64,000 nt of DNA from Euprymna scolopes (Eukaryota), in assembly GCA_053919585.1 (NCBI GenBank), contig CM132788.1; one strand, given 5' to 3'. The translations under genes were made by a program, and so were the position numbers. The notes beneath the pieces were generated by a model. The model was not told the DNA's origin. It saw nothing but the letters and a program-made list of their open reading frames with translations, and made no database searches. Positions 13,970 through 27,049 of the stretch are shown one piece after another (the first letter of the stretch is position 1; every line of letters begins with the position of its first letter).

Positions 13970-14320
13970 ATGTGGGACACCCTTTGGAACATTTCAGAAC
14001 GTTGGCTACACCAGTTCATACATCGTTGTGCAATACAATTTTTTCATGGATCAAAGCAAATATAATCGTAATGATTAAATTGTATCATATTCATGAGTTT
14101 GTAAATACTTGAATTCAAACAACTGTATTAGATATAAAATTCTTTGTAAATAGCATAGTTGTATTACAAAGTCAAAATGAATAACAGAATAATCACAAAT
14201 TGTAAAATCTTGCACGCACTCAATTTTCAAGACTATACTTACTAACCACATTTATTCCTGTTAACATGTAAACGTTAAAATTTTGATTATATTTTTTTTT
14301 TTTTTTTTTTGTCGTTGTTG

Positions 14321-14360
<40 letters not shown>

Positions 14361-14479
14361 TCGTGGGAATTGAAAATTCAAAGCATGACACCATTTGTGA
14401 AAAATAAATTAAAAAAAAAAAAAAAGTAATGTTTGTAATTCATTTTAAAAATCAGCATTTCCTTCATCTTAATGACAAA

Positions 14480-15420
14480 AAAGTTATGTAATTCTATAAA
14501 AAATTTTGCCGAACATACTAGGAAAGTATCCTGGTGATGAATGAGAAACCTTTGTGTGGAGGAACGGACTGTTTGTGTTGTCCAGGGCATGTACACAAAT
14601 GTTTGTAATTGTGTTTGTGTCAGCTGCCACTATAGCAATGAGTTTTGAGTGGGGTTTTGGGCCCAACAAAGCTCAGTACTTAGCCCACTTTGTCATAGTT
14701 TTGGAAGCATTGTCAAGCAAGTTCAGCGAGTTTCTCATGGGAGCTTCTGTATCTTATTGCTAGGGCTGATAACAACACATTCTTTGCATTGTTTTGACTC
14801 TCGAGTATATATCCAACACACACAGTTAATCAACCATGAACCACATCACTCTATATAAAAAGCTTATAAGATATCAAAGGATACACACTCGAGAGTCAAA
14901 ACAATGAAAAGAGTATGCTGTTATCATAGCCCTAGTTATCAGTAATTCTCTGGATCAGTGCAACTCCATGTTGTTGACATGGAAATCTGACATGAAGATC
15001 AGACATGATTCAATGTGAAAAAGACAAAATTTCTATTCTTTGATCTTGTTTTTCTGCAGGACACTGGCATGTTCTTCTGCTCTCTAAACTCCATTAAATG
15101 CTCCCATGCAAAGTGTAATCGTTTTTCTAAGATGCTGCTAATTGATCCAGATTGTTTTTTTGCAGATGTCTAGATGTTATCCACCCAATTGATGATCAAA
15201 TAATGGCACTAGTGGATGACCCACCACCACTTTATATCTAAACTATCTTCTGCTACCTGAGTCAGCATGTTTAATGCTGGTGGTGGTTGTGAAGGTACTG
15301 TTGTATTGCTTGGGTTCAAGAAACTGCTTCCAAGCCTTACATTTACACACATTTCTTTCAGGACCGTGGGCAAAGTCTCTTCAGTATGTGTTTGCTATTT
15401 TTTCATGACTGTGGGACATG
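14480..15420 (-). mobile_element. Possible very old LTR-retrotransposon pol relic, interrupted by the 14761 MITE
   Basis: Weak integrase-like remnants on the minus strand (H...C..C, PSQP...QVA.D); many stops. Confidence 0.25.
14761..14934. mobile_element. MITE with ~55-bp imperfect TIRs (TAGGGCT ends, hAT-like)
   Basis: tagggctgataacaacacattctttgcattgttttgactctcgagt pairs with actcgagagtcaaaacaatgaaaagagtatgctgttatcatagcccta. Confidence 0.7.
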
Positions 15421-17674
15421 GGCCCTAAACACTAATGATTTATAATGGCCTTGGTATGATGATCATGCCATGATCAGATGGATGCGTAGCAGTTAACTAG
15501 AGGAAATCTTTTAAAAAGTGAATCTCTGGAGATTTCAGTATTTTTTTTTTTTTTTTTTTTTCATTAGTCAATGCCAGGTGGGTCTTGCTAATGCGTGTGC
15601 ATGTATGTGTATGTATATATATATATGTACATTTTTGTTTTAGTATTTATTTCAACACTCAATGCATGAATAATGCTTTGCAATACAAAAAATATAGTGA
15701 TGGCAAGTAAGTCACACAGAAACGTTTCTCTTTTCCATAAAAAAATTTGTTGGACCAGTTGCCTTATTTGATAGATTTTATTATCTATTACCACGAAACT
15801 TATCTGAGCTAAAAACTAGGCAATCTCCATTGGAACAAAGTTTAAAATTCTGCTCAGAGCTACTAAGAACATTACATACCCTCTCACCATGATATGACAT
15901 CATCCATGCTGATTCAATCCATAAAGCAGCCTTTATTTATTGCTTTTGCATGATCATTTTGTCATAAAAGCTTTCTGATCTAGCTAGATAATAAAAATGT
16001 CACTTAGAGATACTGTAAGTATTTATTCTTCCTGACAAGCTATTAATTTAACTTTATTGCTTGGAATTGCACATTTAGCCAAGTAGATACAGATACAGAC
16101 TATGGAATCATAGGCAAATGCCTGATTTTATCGAAACTGCTAGGTTTTGTGAAAGGCATGAACCTACAATTTTAATGGCCATCAGTCAAATAGAAATGTT
16201 TATTCATTCTTTATTGTTTAATAAATAACCCCAAAAGAGTTGGGCAATTTATAAAATCATGGCCATAGAAGAATGCAAGAAATCTGTTCAGGCATTAAAA
16301 GTAGTTTCATGTTTTTCTGTTAAATATTAACAAATATTATAAAATGAGGAATCATTTTGAGTCAAAATTCAAGTTCCATTCATAAACATGATATCAGTTC
16401 AAATTTAGTGGCCATTTTGTTTTTCTTTATCTTCTTTCACATAACATTCACAGTTTTCAAGTGTGCTTTTCTGAATTTTAGATGCATAATACTAACTGGA
16501 GTTATTGCTCATTTTGTAATATATAACATAATATTTAACAAAAACAACAAAACTATTACTGCAGAATTTTTCTCATGCTCTTTCATTGCCTTATAAATTA
16601 CCAAGAATTGAGATGCCATAAAATAAGTTATTTGCAATCAACTCATAATTTGGTTGTTTTATCTTGTAGTAATTGCTATTGTTTTTATGAAATTTGAATG
16701 ATCTCATCTTAAAGTGGCTTTATTTAGATTCTCCATATATGGATTGTACAACTTAGATTTTTCTTTTTTTTTGTAGTTAGACTGTTTGGATGAACTAATG
16801 ACTAAATTCTCACTGATTTAAACTTTGATTTAATTTAGTGACAATTTAACAAATATAAGACTAGTTCAAATCTGTGTATATTTGTTGAACCCACCGTTTC
16901 TTCCAACTATAAGTAAAATATTTTTGGTTTCATTATTTTACCTATTTGTGCATGACAAGGAACTTTGCAGGTAAACTGTGATATCTATTATGCTTTTTCT
17001 AAATTGGGAATGTATCACTTTGTATAACAGCTTTCAAGGTTTTGCCATAGTTGTCAAGAGACAATATAAGAGCTGAACAAACTTTTTTCAGTTTTGGGGC
17101 TCATAAAGTTGACATAGGATTGTTTATTTTGCTTATTTAGATGGTAAAATTTTGTGTTTGGATTTTTCTGTAATTTTCCTTTTTTTCCATTTGTACTTTT
17201 GTGAAATTGAGTTTGAAATTTTTGTTTTACAAGGGAAAATTGTAGTAAAATATGCTCTAATTATTCAAATTTTAAACTTCTTATTAGACTGAAAGAAATT
17301 TAATTTAGTTTCAATAGAACAAAAAGTACTTTTGTTACTTTAATCATATCTTTCAGACTTTCGGGTTCAACCTTGTTTGCTAGTTTTTTGTTATAAAAAA
17401 TAGCAAACATTTTTCTTTATTATAAACAATTTTTAAGAAAATAAGTCAAGTTTCTATTTTTGTATATTGGTTCTATTTCAAGAAGCCTTACCTTCAAGAC
17501 TGTTCTTCAGCTTATGATGCTGATAGTGATCTTTGGAACTTTCTGGCAGTGGGAGAAATGAAGACTTTTTGCTTGATGAAACATTCTCAGCCATCATTAA
17601 TTTAAATTTAAGCAACTCTTAGGTTTTTTTTTTTTCAAATGGACATATTTTCTTTAGTTCTTAGTCCTTTTTAG

Positions 17675-17704
17675 AGATACTATAAAGAGCTGGGCAGAGA
17701 GCAG
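17675..17704 (+). CDS. Candidate 30-nt microexon (RYYKELGREQ)
   Basis: tcctttttag|AGATACTATAAAGAGCTGGGCAGAGAGCAG|gtaaat: purine-rich and open in phase 0-0. Confidence 0.4.
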
Positions 17705-19084
17705 GTAAATATAATTAGTTCAACTCCTACCTTCATTAATTCCAAATTATTTCATTTCAGTATTAATATGCTTGTCAAATATGACTTTGCAAGACAACTA
17801 CTTTCCACAATTATTCTAAACTGTTCATCTATCCCCATCTCTAATATACATTAGTATATTTATTTGTTAATATCATAGATGACAATAAGGAAAATTTTAC
17901 AAAATTAAAATAAAAATATCAATTTCAGATTTTTGATGTCTGATAATTTATAAAATGACAAAAAAATATGACCACTGTTGAAGCATGAATTTTTTTTTAT
18001 TCAGTTGTGTCTTCCAATATTTTATCAAAAACCGGTTAAGATCTTCTGACGTTCATTATTGATTCTTTATCAACACTGAACACTTTGTATAGTAGTTGTT
18101 TTTATCTGAATACTTTATGTAATTGATAACTTGAGTTGTATCATGTTTTAACTTGAAATAATTTATTTTTTGCTCTGATTAAGTTCAATATATTGGAAAA
18201 AAAACTTAGCTCAAGGCTATGGTCATATAAAAGCGAATTATGAAATAGTGAAAAGGGTTATGTAATCATCCGAAGATAGATGGCTACAATGCATCCACTA
18301 CCTTGAAATCCCACACTTTGTTCTATGTTCCAGTGACTTGAACTAAAAAAGAAGCCTTCTGCTTTTGTGAGTTCCCACAAAGACCTCTCTTCGGCTCCCA
18401 CAGAAGTCATACAGCACTTATTGGCTAACCACATCACGAGTCTTTGAACTTTCTACAGGTGTTGAATCTTCCAAATGAGATAGAGGGGTGAAGCTTGAAT
18501 GCTGTGTTCCAGAATCTCTTTCAGTTTAAGAATCAAGATACCTGAATACCAACCACAAAATGGTTTTACGACCATCCTCTTCCATAAAGCTTGCAGCTCA
18601 AAGTGCTATAAGCCAACATTATAAAGTTTTTAATCCATAAATATTTTATTAAATCATGACTAATTGTTATATTTTCACACTAAATAATAATATATCTATA
18701 ATTAAAATATTTAAATTTGATATTGAATTCTTGGTAGCAGGTTGTGTTGATTTAAGTTTTGTTTTACTTTTTAAATGTTTTTGATATCAAAGTGAACCAT
18801 ACATTGAATTTCCAAATTTTGATATTTAAAAAAATGAAATATCTGCTAACAAAACCAGAAGTATTGCATAGTTTAAATAAAATTCTTTTTGCTTGAGTAT
18901 TATGTCAAAACATTTAGCCATAACTATTTAAGGATCTTTTATGAATCATTGTAAATGTTTGGGTCATCAAAATATATTAACATCAGATGGATTAGAAAAT
19001 TTGTATTTGAACTTAATTACTAAGAACATTGTTTCTAATGTTTCATAAATGTACCTTTCTATGAATAATATGTACAGTGTTTTA

Positions 19085-20568
19085 CAGCGTTCACACAGAC
19101 TTGAAAAGTACTTGAATTTGGCCTTTTGTCTTGAAAAGGCCTTATTTCTGTTATTACCTTGAAAATCGTATTTATGTATAAAGATTGTATTGAAATATTA
19201 CTAAAAATAAAATTGAAATACTATTAAATTACTTTTTTAAATATTTAATAAAAAATACCATTAACATATTTTTTATTATTGAAAATAAATCAAATTCATT
19301 CTTCTGAAATAGCATCATATTATGTCCCTTTATCATGAAACTACCTGACATTTTCCATATAACATCTGGTAGTTTTATGATAAAGGGATGTAACTTTTGT
19401 ATACGCAATACTGAAAATTAAAAAAAATAACACTTAATTAGACTTGGTTGGCCAAATATAAATGGGTCAGGGAATCCTTCAGACACGGTAGTGTTTGAAT
19501 ATATGGTTAAGTGTGAGTTTTACTCATTTAGAAATGGTTTACAGCTTCACTCATTTTGTGACCAAATTTCAAACAGTTTGTACAGTTCATAGGTCACCTT
19601 CTCAGCTATATTTTGAAATAAGTTTTCAATTTTCGTTCATTAAAACAAAAGTTATAATAAAATTACTAGTGTTTTAGTCTTTGCATAAATAAGGAATGTG
19701 AGAGACGGTTTCTTCTGATTGGCTGTTGGTTACCATAGCAACTTTTCAATATTGACGTTTTATCTCCAGTTTTCAATGTTTTTTTTTTAATTTTTTTTAA
19801 GATTGCTTTTATTTAGTCAATTTAAGAAGTTGGTAATTATTTTATGGATTGTTGACGATGTGTACAATATTGAACACAATATTTCAAAGCAAAGCCTGGA
19901 AAAATCATGAATTACATAGAAAAATGCGAGCATGAAAAATAACATGGTTATGATTAAACTTACAAAAGTAAAAGAACTAGTTGTTAAAACTGGAAAAGAA
20001 AAATACAAGGTATTCTGGTAAAAAAGATAATAAATTTATACTTAAAATATTGCAGCATTAAGAATTTTTTTAAATTCAATTTAACATTATATATAAATTC
20101 TTAATGCTGCAATATTTTAAGTTATAAAATTATATTTTTTACCAGAATACCTTTTCTTTTTCTTTTCCAGTTTTAACTAGTCCTTTTACTTTTCTAAGTT
20201 TAATCTTAACCATATTACTTTTCATGCTCATATTTTTTATGTAATGTAAATATGATTGACAGGCATGTTGTGTATGTAAAAAGGCATTTGTTATAAGCAA
20301 AATGGGTGAAAGTGCCTTCACGAAGAGAAAGCTGGAAATAGTTGACCAGTTTTGTTGTGCATTAGAGAATTTCGTGTAAATGACTCTAACCTTTAAAACT
20401 ACTTCATAAAATAAAAATAAGGGGAAATGATTTCCTGTTGTCAATTAAGTTTTTTTGGTTTATTATATCATTGTTTATATATCAAATTTTGTTTTGAAAA
20501 CATGAATTTTGTCTGGAGATGATTTGGAAAAACTTTGAAAATGGACATTGAAAATCCGTACAAACCTG
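19085..20568. mobile_element. Old hAT-like non-autonomous element hosting hairpin copy 1
   Basis: Degenerate ends cagcgttcacacag / ccgtacaaacctg with subterminal (c)ttgaaa repeats; no clear TSD. Confidence 0.4.
19490..20245 (+). mobile_element. Unclassified repeat with terminal ~335-bp hairpin, copy 1
   Basis: Homologous to 57246-58051 starting at gtttgaatatatggttaagtg; hairpin at 19911-20245. Confidence 0.8.
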
Positions 20569-22477
20569 ATATGAATTTTGTAATCACTTGAGATGAATTT
20601 CAGATTTTAATAGTTCATTTAGTCACTTTAAAAAAAATTGCCATCTTCTGACAAATTTTACTACGTTTTGTAATATGAGAAAAGATAAGAGGCTAATAGA
20701 AAAAAAAAATTCTTTACCTTAAAACCTGTTTTTTAATAGCATTTGCTTTCCCTGCCTTTTTCTCTTCTCTAAATGTTGGTGGCAATTAGAACTCTCTTTT
20801 GCTTGAAACATTTAAAGAACGAGCAGAAAAATCAATACTATAGATTTCTTGCAATTTCGTGAAAATTATTAAAATAATTGCATTGGTATTACTTTGAAAA
20901 AAAAAAACTGATTTTGATTATATTTTCACATTTTGCAATATAACTATCCGTTCTCTTTTGAAAATCAACTTGCTTTTATATATATATATATATATATATG
21001 CACCCAAACAAAAGCAATGGATTTTAAAACTATAACACAAGTCTTGTCTGGACTCTGTAGGTGTTTTTAATATGTATCAGTTTTTCATAGACTTGAAAAG
21101 ATTTTGTTTTGACGAAAGTGTTTATGTAAAGGAATTGTTTGTGCTAACCAGTAATAACAAGATGGACGCATGTACATTAATACTATGTATATATTAAAAT
21201 GAAGAAATTAGTGTTTTACATCGTTGAAAAGGTTTTCTATTTAACTTTTTATCACAAAGTTCATCTTTTGATAAAGAATGGATAACAATTCACAATGTTA
21301 GAATAAAAAATTATAATGCCTATAATTTACAAGTTTTAGTTTTTCCATAAGGTTATTTTATTTGAAATTTGAAAAAAATCATTTTAGCCAAAAAACAGAC
21401 TTTATAACCTATATTTATATGCACAGAATTCACCGTAATTAACCGGCCATAAAGAATTTTGAAACTTGTCTGTTAGATGTAACTGTGGATTATATTTAAT
21501 TCAATACAAGTGGGGTAAATTTGAAAATTCAGATACCTTTTTGATTTTTGAAATTTTAACAATATATCAATTAATATTTTAAAAGTTCAGTTCCTTTAAA
21601 GATTTTTTTCTTAGGTGAAATGATATGGACACAATCTTCCACTTGAAAATAAAAATATTTCAGATTTGCATTCAATTTGATCTTTAGTTATTAGACACCA
21701 ATTAAACAAGATTGTTGAATTTCAATTTCTTAAGACGTTTAAGCTAAAATTTTAGACATTAACTAGAAACAAATCATGAATAAAGTTGGAATAAAGATTC
21801 TAAACATAACGTGTAATATTATTACATATTAATTTTATTCTTTGTGATGGGCCATGAAACAGGTGCAGATTTCTCTTTGAGGAATTTTACCTGTCCTGAG
21901 ACTGGTATTTTTCTGATATATTCGTTGGAACAATCTGAATCAGAAAAAAAAAAAAAAAATCAGAATCTTTTTGCGTATAATTTCAATACGCCAAAAGATT
22001 CTGATTTTTTTTTTTTTTTTTTTTTTTTAGCCTTATTTCCACTTCCAATAATTTTATTTTTGGACGATAAAATATGAAATAAACACTTAGTTTTCTCACA
22101 ATTTTTCAATCAATTACAAGGAAAACATTTGAGAAAAAAGTATTTAGAAACAAATAAAATACGTCGCCTTACATCCATACGTGTACATTTTATATATATG
22201 CGGACAAAACATGGAGGTTTTACAGTAATTTATTTATTCTTAACATAAGTAATCTTCCATGTGAACAATTCACGCAATCATGAAACAGTTGACAAAGAGA
22301 TAAAGATCTGATGAACACCCTCACGTACTAATTTTTCAATTTTGACCCCTTAACAGCCTTTTTTTCCAGATGAAAACTGATTAAAGTTTACCACATGTCT
22401 GAATACCATAAATACAAATTTTCAAGTCTGTAGATCAAAACTTTGTTGAGTTTCAAAGTTGAATTGCCCTCGCACAT

Positions 22478-22481
<4 letters not shown>

Positions 22482-22554
<73 letters not shown>
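22482..22554. repeat. (TA)n microsatellite; others near 20978, 25698, 57193 and 58050
   Basis: Read directly from the sequence. Confidence 0.95.
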
Positions 22555-22557
<3 letters not shown>

Positions 22558-23214
22558 CTTTTTTTTTATTTTCCACAACGTATTTTAAATCCACATTGCT
22601 TGGCCTAGAGTTACAATATAATAGACAAAATCTTGCGCAACTTCAGTCTCATTTTTTTTTTTTCTCACGATCACAATTTTCTCCTTGCTTACTACTTATT
22701 TACTTTTTTGCTTTTTCTTTCAATGTGGATAAAAACTAAAAGTTCCCAATGCTTTGTAAATTGACAACTTAGTCAAACAATGTTTTGTAAGTCAATAATA
22801 TTATTGATCATTACAGCTCCTCTTACAATTCTGCTTTCTTCACTCCTTTTTTCTTCATTTTTCATTTCCCACTGCAGTAACAAGATAGGACAGCTCCATT
22901 ATTATTGATTGTATTCCATGAAACCTTGTTGCCAAGCAGCCGTCCAATTGCGATTTGTTAATAACTCATGGAACCATTAACATAAGAGCAATTTATTTTC
23001 ACTTCACCCCCCCCCCCACATAATTTTTTGATGTGAGGGCCATTTTGCTCCCTCCTCCTCCTAACCTCCTTCATTTAACATGTTCTTTTTAGTTTCCTTG
23101 CTTTTATTGTCAGAATATGATTTCTGTGCTCCAGAATAAATGTGAAGGTCACATATTTTAAGGTTTCATTAAAGATGAAATCTATTTAGATTATTCCAAC
23201 TACTAATCTTACCT

Positions 23215-23450
23215 TTTTCATTTTCACATTTCACCAGCTGTACCCTCTGACCTTCTTTAGGTGCATCTTTTTGAACTTTGAAACCTAATGTAGGGGAATA
23301 AGGAAAAGGGACACCGATTGCTAATCTTACTGATGAGGTATTTCACTTTTGACAAAAACCTAGACAACATAATGAAAGAGATTGCTTTTACTATGGTGGG
23401 TAAGATTTTGCATGGTTGAATATAAGTGAGCTCTGTCTTAGACTCAAAAC
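23215..23450 (-). mobile_element. Third copy (tail) of the 35392 SINE family
   Basis: aagttcaaaaagatgcacctaaagaaggtcagagggtaca matches aagtttgaaaagatgcacctaaagattggaggttaca of the 39405 copy. Confidence 0.55.
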
Positions 23451-23888
23451 TTCCCATGTATGGTAGAGACCACCATGAATGGTAACCTTCTTCTCTTTGT
23501 TTTTGTGATAATCATTTTTCGTTATTGTTGGCTTCTTACATTAAGTGACTTCCTGCTTTGTCTGGAATTATTTCGATAAAAATAACAATTGTTTCTCTAT
23601 TTGCAAAAACAAATCTGTCTGACAGCGACTATGTCTGCAATAGTCAGTAGACATGACAGATGCTAAAATGATTGTTAGTACTATTTGTCTATAGTCAGTT
23701 TTATATTTCTGAATTTTAATGTTTAAGGAAAATTCTGAGAGCACAAAACTATCTCCTCAAGTTGTTTATATCCTTCCTACATGAGATTTTTACGATTTAT
23801 AAATTGCCACACGGACATCTGATATTCTTGCCAATTGTCTTGAGTATCATCTTTTTCTTTATTATATAATAAATATATATATATATAT

Positions 23889-24427
23889 ATGGCACAGTTA
23901 TGTTGACACACTAGTTCTTGCCAGATCACAGCAATTAAGCAATGATGAGTCGGGCCAATATCAGATGAGTGACTCTTTGGGAAGGTTAGGTGCTGTATGA
24001 ACTGCGCCGAGATGTAGAAATTTCTAGGAGATGCGTTTAATTCATTAGAAAAAATGCACTCTTAGTCTTAAGACCTGCATCTAGAAATAAAACTGATATA
24101 AAATCTGAAGTCTTGCAGCAGCCATTGCACCCGCACAAAGATTAGCAGTTGTACCAAAAAGTGTGGTTGGTTCTGGACAAAACTTTCACCACTAAATAAA
24201 TCTGTGTGGATTTCTGAGCAATTTAAGTTGTAGTGGTAGAGTTCATATATCGAAATCGACAGGAGGGTCCATCATATATAAACAAGCTTGTTAGTGGAGA
24301 GGTAAGACACCAGACCCTGCTGATTAGTTGGAAGTGACTTAATATTTGGATTTTGAATCTCTGCTTGAATATTTGCTATGTCTAGCCACACTCGAGAGTT
24401 GTGATACGACGAAACAGCTATCTATAG
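23889..24427 (+). mobile_element. 5S rRNA-derived SINE with hammerhead-like 3' relic
   Basis: 5S-like head at 23889-23997; internal aagtgtggttgg block shared with the 56619 copy; follows (TA)n. Confidence 0.7.
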
Positions 24428-25694
24428 ATTATTGAAGATATTTGTATAATATGAAATATATAAAATGAAATGGACTATTTTTTACTTATTTATTTTTTCT
24501 TAAATAATATACAGGAATATTATATCAGCTGCTCACATGTAGCATCCTGATTAAGTGCATCTAAATAATTACATTAAAATAATTAAAATAAGAACTAAAC
24601 CGCAGCAAAAGCTATGTCTTAGGGGTTGTCTCTTAGCAATATGGAACCTAATGTTATGTTGGTACATGTGTTTTAACTTTAAGAATTAATATACACAATA
24701 AAAAGAAAACTGATGCATCTATGCTATTAAAGATCAATATGATCTCCAAAAGATCTTACTAGTTGTGAAGATTTATGGGTATTATCTTAATGGCTGGTTC
24801 GCAGCTTTGCACAGGAAAATGCTACTCTTTACACCAGTTTCGGATGCAAGATTTTTTCTTTTTTTTTTTCTTTTCTTTTTTTAACAATAATTGGCTGATA
24901 TTAAGCCAAGATATGAAATTTGGAGCAATTAAATTTCATTTTTTTTTTTTAAATAATTTTTTAAATTTTTTATTGAAAGCTTTCTGAAGTGTTGGAGTAC
25001 TCTTTGGAATTGGACGAGTTAGCATTATAATTATAATCTTAAAAATTGCATGCTTTAATTTCTTTTTATTGCTTCACTAAACCAAATATTAGTTTTTACT
25101 CGTAGGCAATATGGAAATTCCACGGTTGCTGTAATTTTTTAAGTTAAATTTTTTGAAAAGTCAAAGTACTAAGAAATATAACAATTTTAGCTTTATTTTA
25201 AAATAAAAGGGGAAAATATTCATTTTTTTTTAATATATAATTTGATTAAATTTCTTGAGTAAAAATTATTTTGACTTGAAAGAAACATCACTTGATCTGC
25301 TTCTTTGCTTATATAAAGAAAATTTTATTTGATGAGACGAAAATAAAAATTTCCTCTGTTAAGAATTTCTCCTCCCTTGAATAAAGACAGTTTCAAATAT
25401 TTATTTACAGAAAAAAAAAAAAAAAAAAATGTACATTTACAACAAATTAGGCACAAGGCCATTCGAAAGTGTGGGAAAATGGGTGTCGTTGGTCATTCTT
25501 TGTCACCATGACTAGTAATGTCTATCCTGCTTTTACACTCATTAATCACCATAATACCACATTTACTCCAGTGGTCGTCCGTCCTACTTCAAATTTCTCA
25601 AATCGTTCAAAAAATTTAAAAAAAAAAAATGTTTACACTTCAATCTCAGCCTGAAAGCCAGACAGCAAAATTTTAAAAAACAAGTAATTTTAGC

Positions 25695-25742
<48 letters not shown>

Positions 25743-26599
25743 CTTATGAATAATTTGAAGTTTCTACAAACAAATAAAGCTTCTCTGAATATGACTTCAC
25801 ACTCTAATTTCTTTTTCATTTTGTTTTCGTGTTTTTTTATCCCACACCCACCCCTGAAATATTTCTATGTTTCACATACAATATTGTTTAAAAAGCCTAA
25901 CTTGCAAAGTTACCATTTTGTTGGTGGTATTTAAAAAAAAAAGAAACTAAAGTATACCTTGCTTAGTCATTCGAACATTCTTTGTCAACTTGGTCCTTTT
26001 CTTTTGCTTTTCTTTTGTTACTCTTATCAGAGGTAACACTCCCATCTTTTTGACTGAGATTTATAAAATCCTAATTGCCAACTCGTGTGTGTCTCACCTT
26101 TTGAATTGCGTTTCTCATAATCTTCAAAATGAATCCACCAGTTTTTATTAGCCGATCAGATAGGTTTTTCTTTATTTTATATTCTGAGAACAGCTTCAGT
26201 ATATTTTGTTTGACAATGTATCAAATCTTTGCAGTTTGTTTAATGACAAAGTCGACTTAAGAAAAATGTCTTGATAAAGTGCCACACACACGTGGTCGTT
26301 CATTGGTGAGTTAGTGAAGTGTAGTAGAATTATAGATAGGTTGAGGGGTGTTAACTTTTTTATCTAGAAGAAATATAAGACAATAGAGATGAGAACTGAT
26401 ATGCGGAAGATTTTGATGACAATGAGATGACTTAGTGGCTGAAGGTAGATATATTTGTATAACAAGGCTATTGACATTGTGGAAGTTTTGTTACCTTGGT
26501 GATACAGGAAGAGGTTGGTGTGGTAGCAGAAATTAGTGGCTGAAATAAGGTCATTCCTAACCCGCTGATCATTAATGCTGTCGATTAAAAGTAATCTAT

Positions 26600-26800
26600 C
26601 AGGCATCAGTGTGAAGTATTGAAGTCAAATTTGGGTCAGTAAGTGTTGAGGATATGCGTTGCATGGATAGAAATGATACAATGGATGTGTAATGTGAGTT
26701 TTAAAGACACACTTAGATTTGATGGCCGCAAAGGCAAATTAAATTTGGACATTATAGGGAGATGTGTGCACAACAGAAAACTTCATTGGTTTGATTGAAT
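26600..26800 (+). mobile_element. RTE LINE C-terminal fragment
   Basis: atgatacaatggatgtgtaatgtgagttttaaagac reads MIQWMCNVSFKD, and ...RKLHWF follows, like the RTE MIRWMC.V.LKD...RRL.WFGH motif. Confidence 0.6.
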
Positions 26801-27049
26801 GTGCAGCCTTTTTTGTATTTGAAAACATTTCAATTTCTCTCACACTGATCACAGCACCTGTCAATTTTTATGCTACCCCCACTCTCTAGCCAGGAGGAAA
26901 GTTCCTACTTTATATTTTTAACTCAAATTTACTTAAGTGAACTTTTATTATCACGCAAAAATAGCAAGATTCTATCTTTGTAAGTGGAACACTTTGGGTT
27001 CAATTCCCGATGAATGACACCTGGTGCAACCTTCACTTTTTTTTTCTTT

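Noticed and set aside
22388-22739. YIYIYI ORFs and poly-F/poly-K ORFs throughout the window
   Set aside because: They are translations of (TA)n and homopolymer runs.
23213-23284. 72-nt minus-strand exon (FKVQKDAPKEGQRVQLVKCENEK) with good splice sites
   Set aside because: It matches the SINE tail at 39410-39460, so it is repeat-derived. Exonisation is possible but unsupported.
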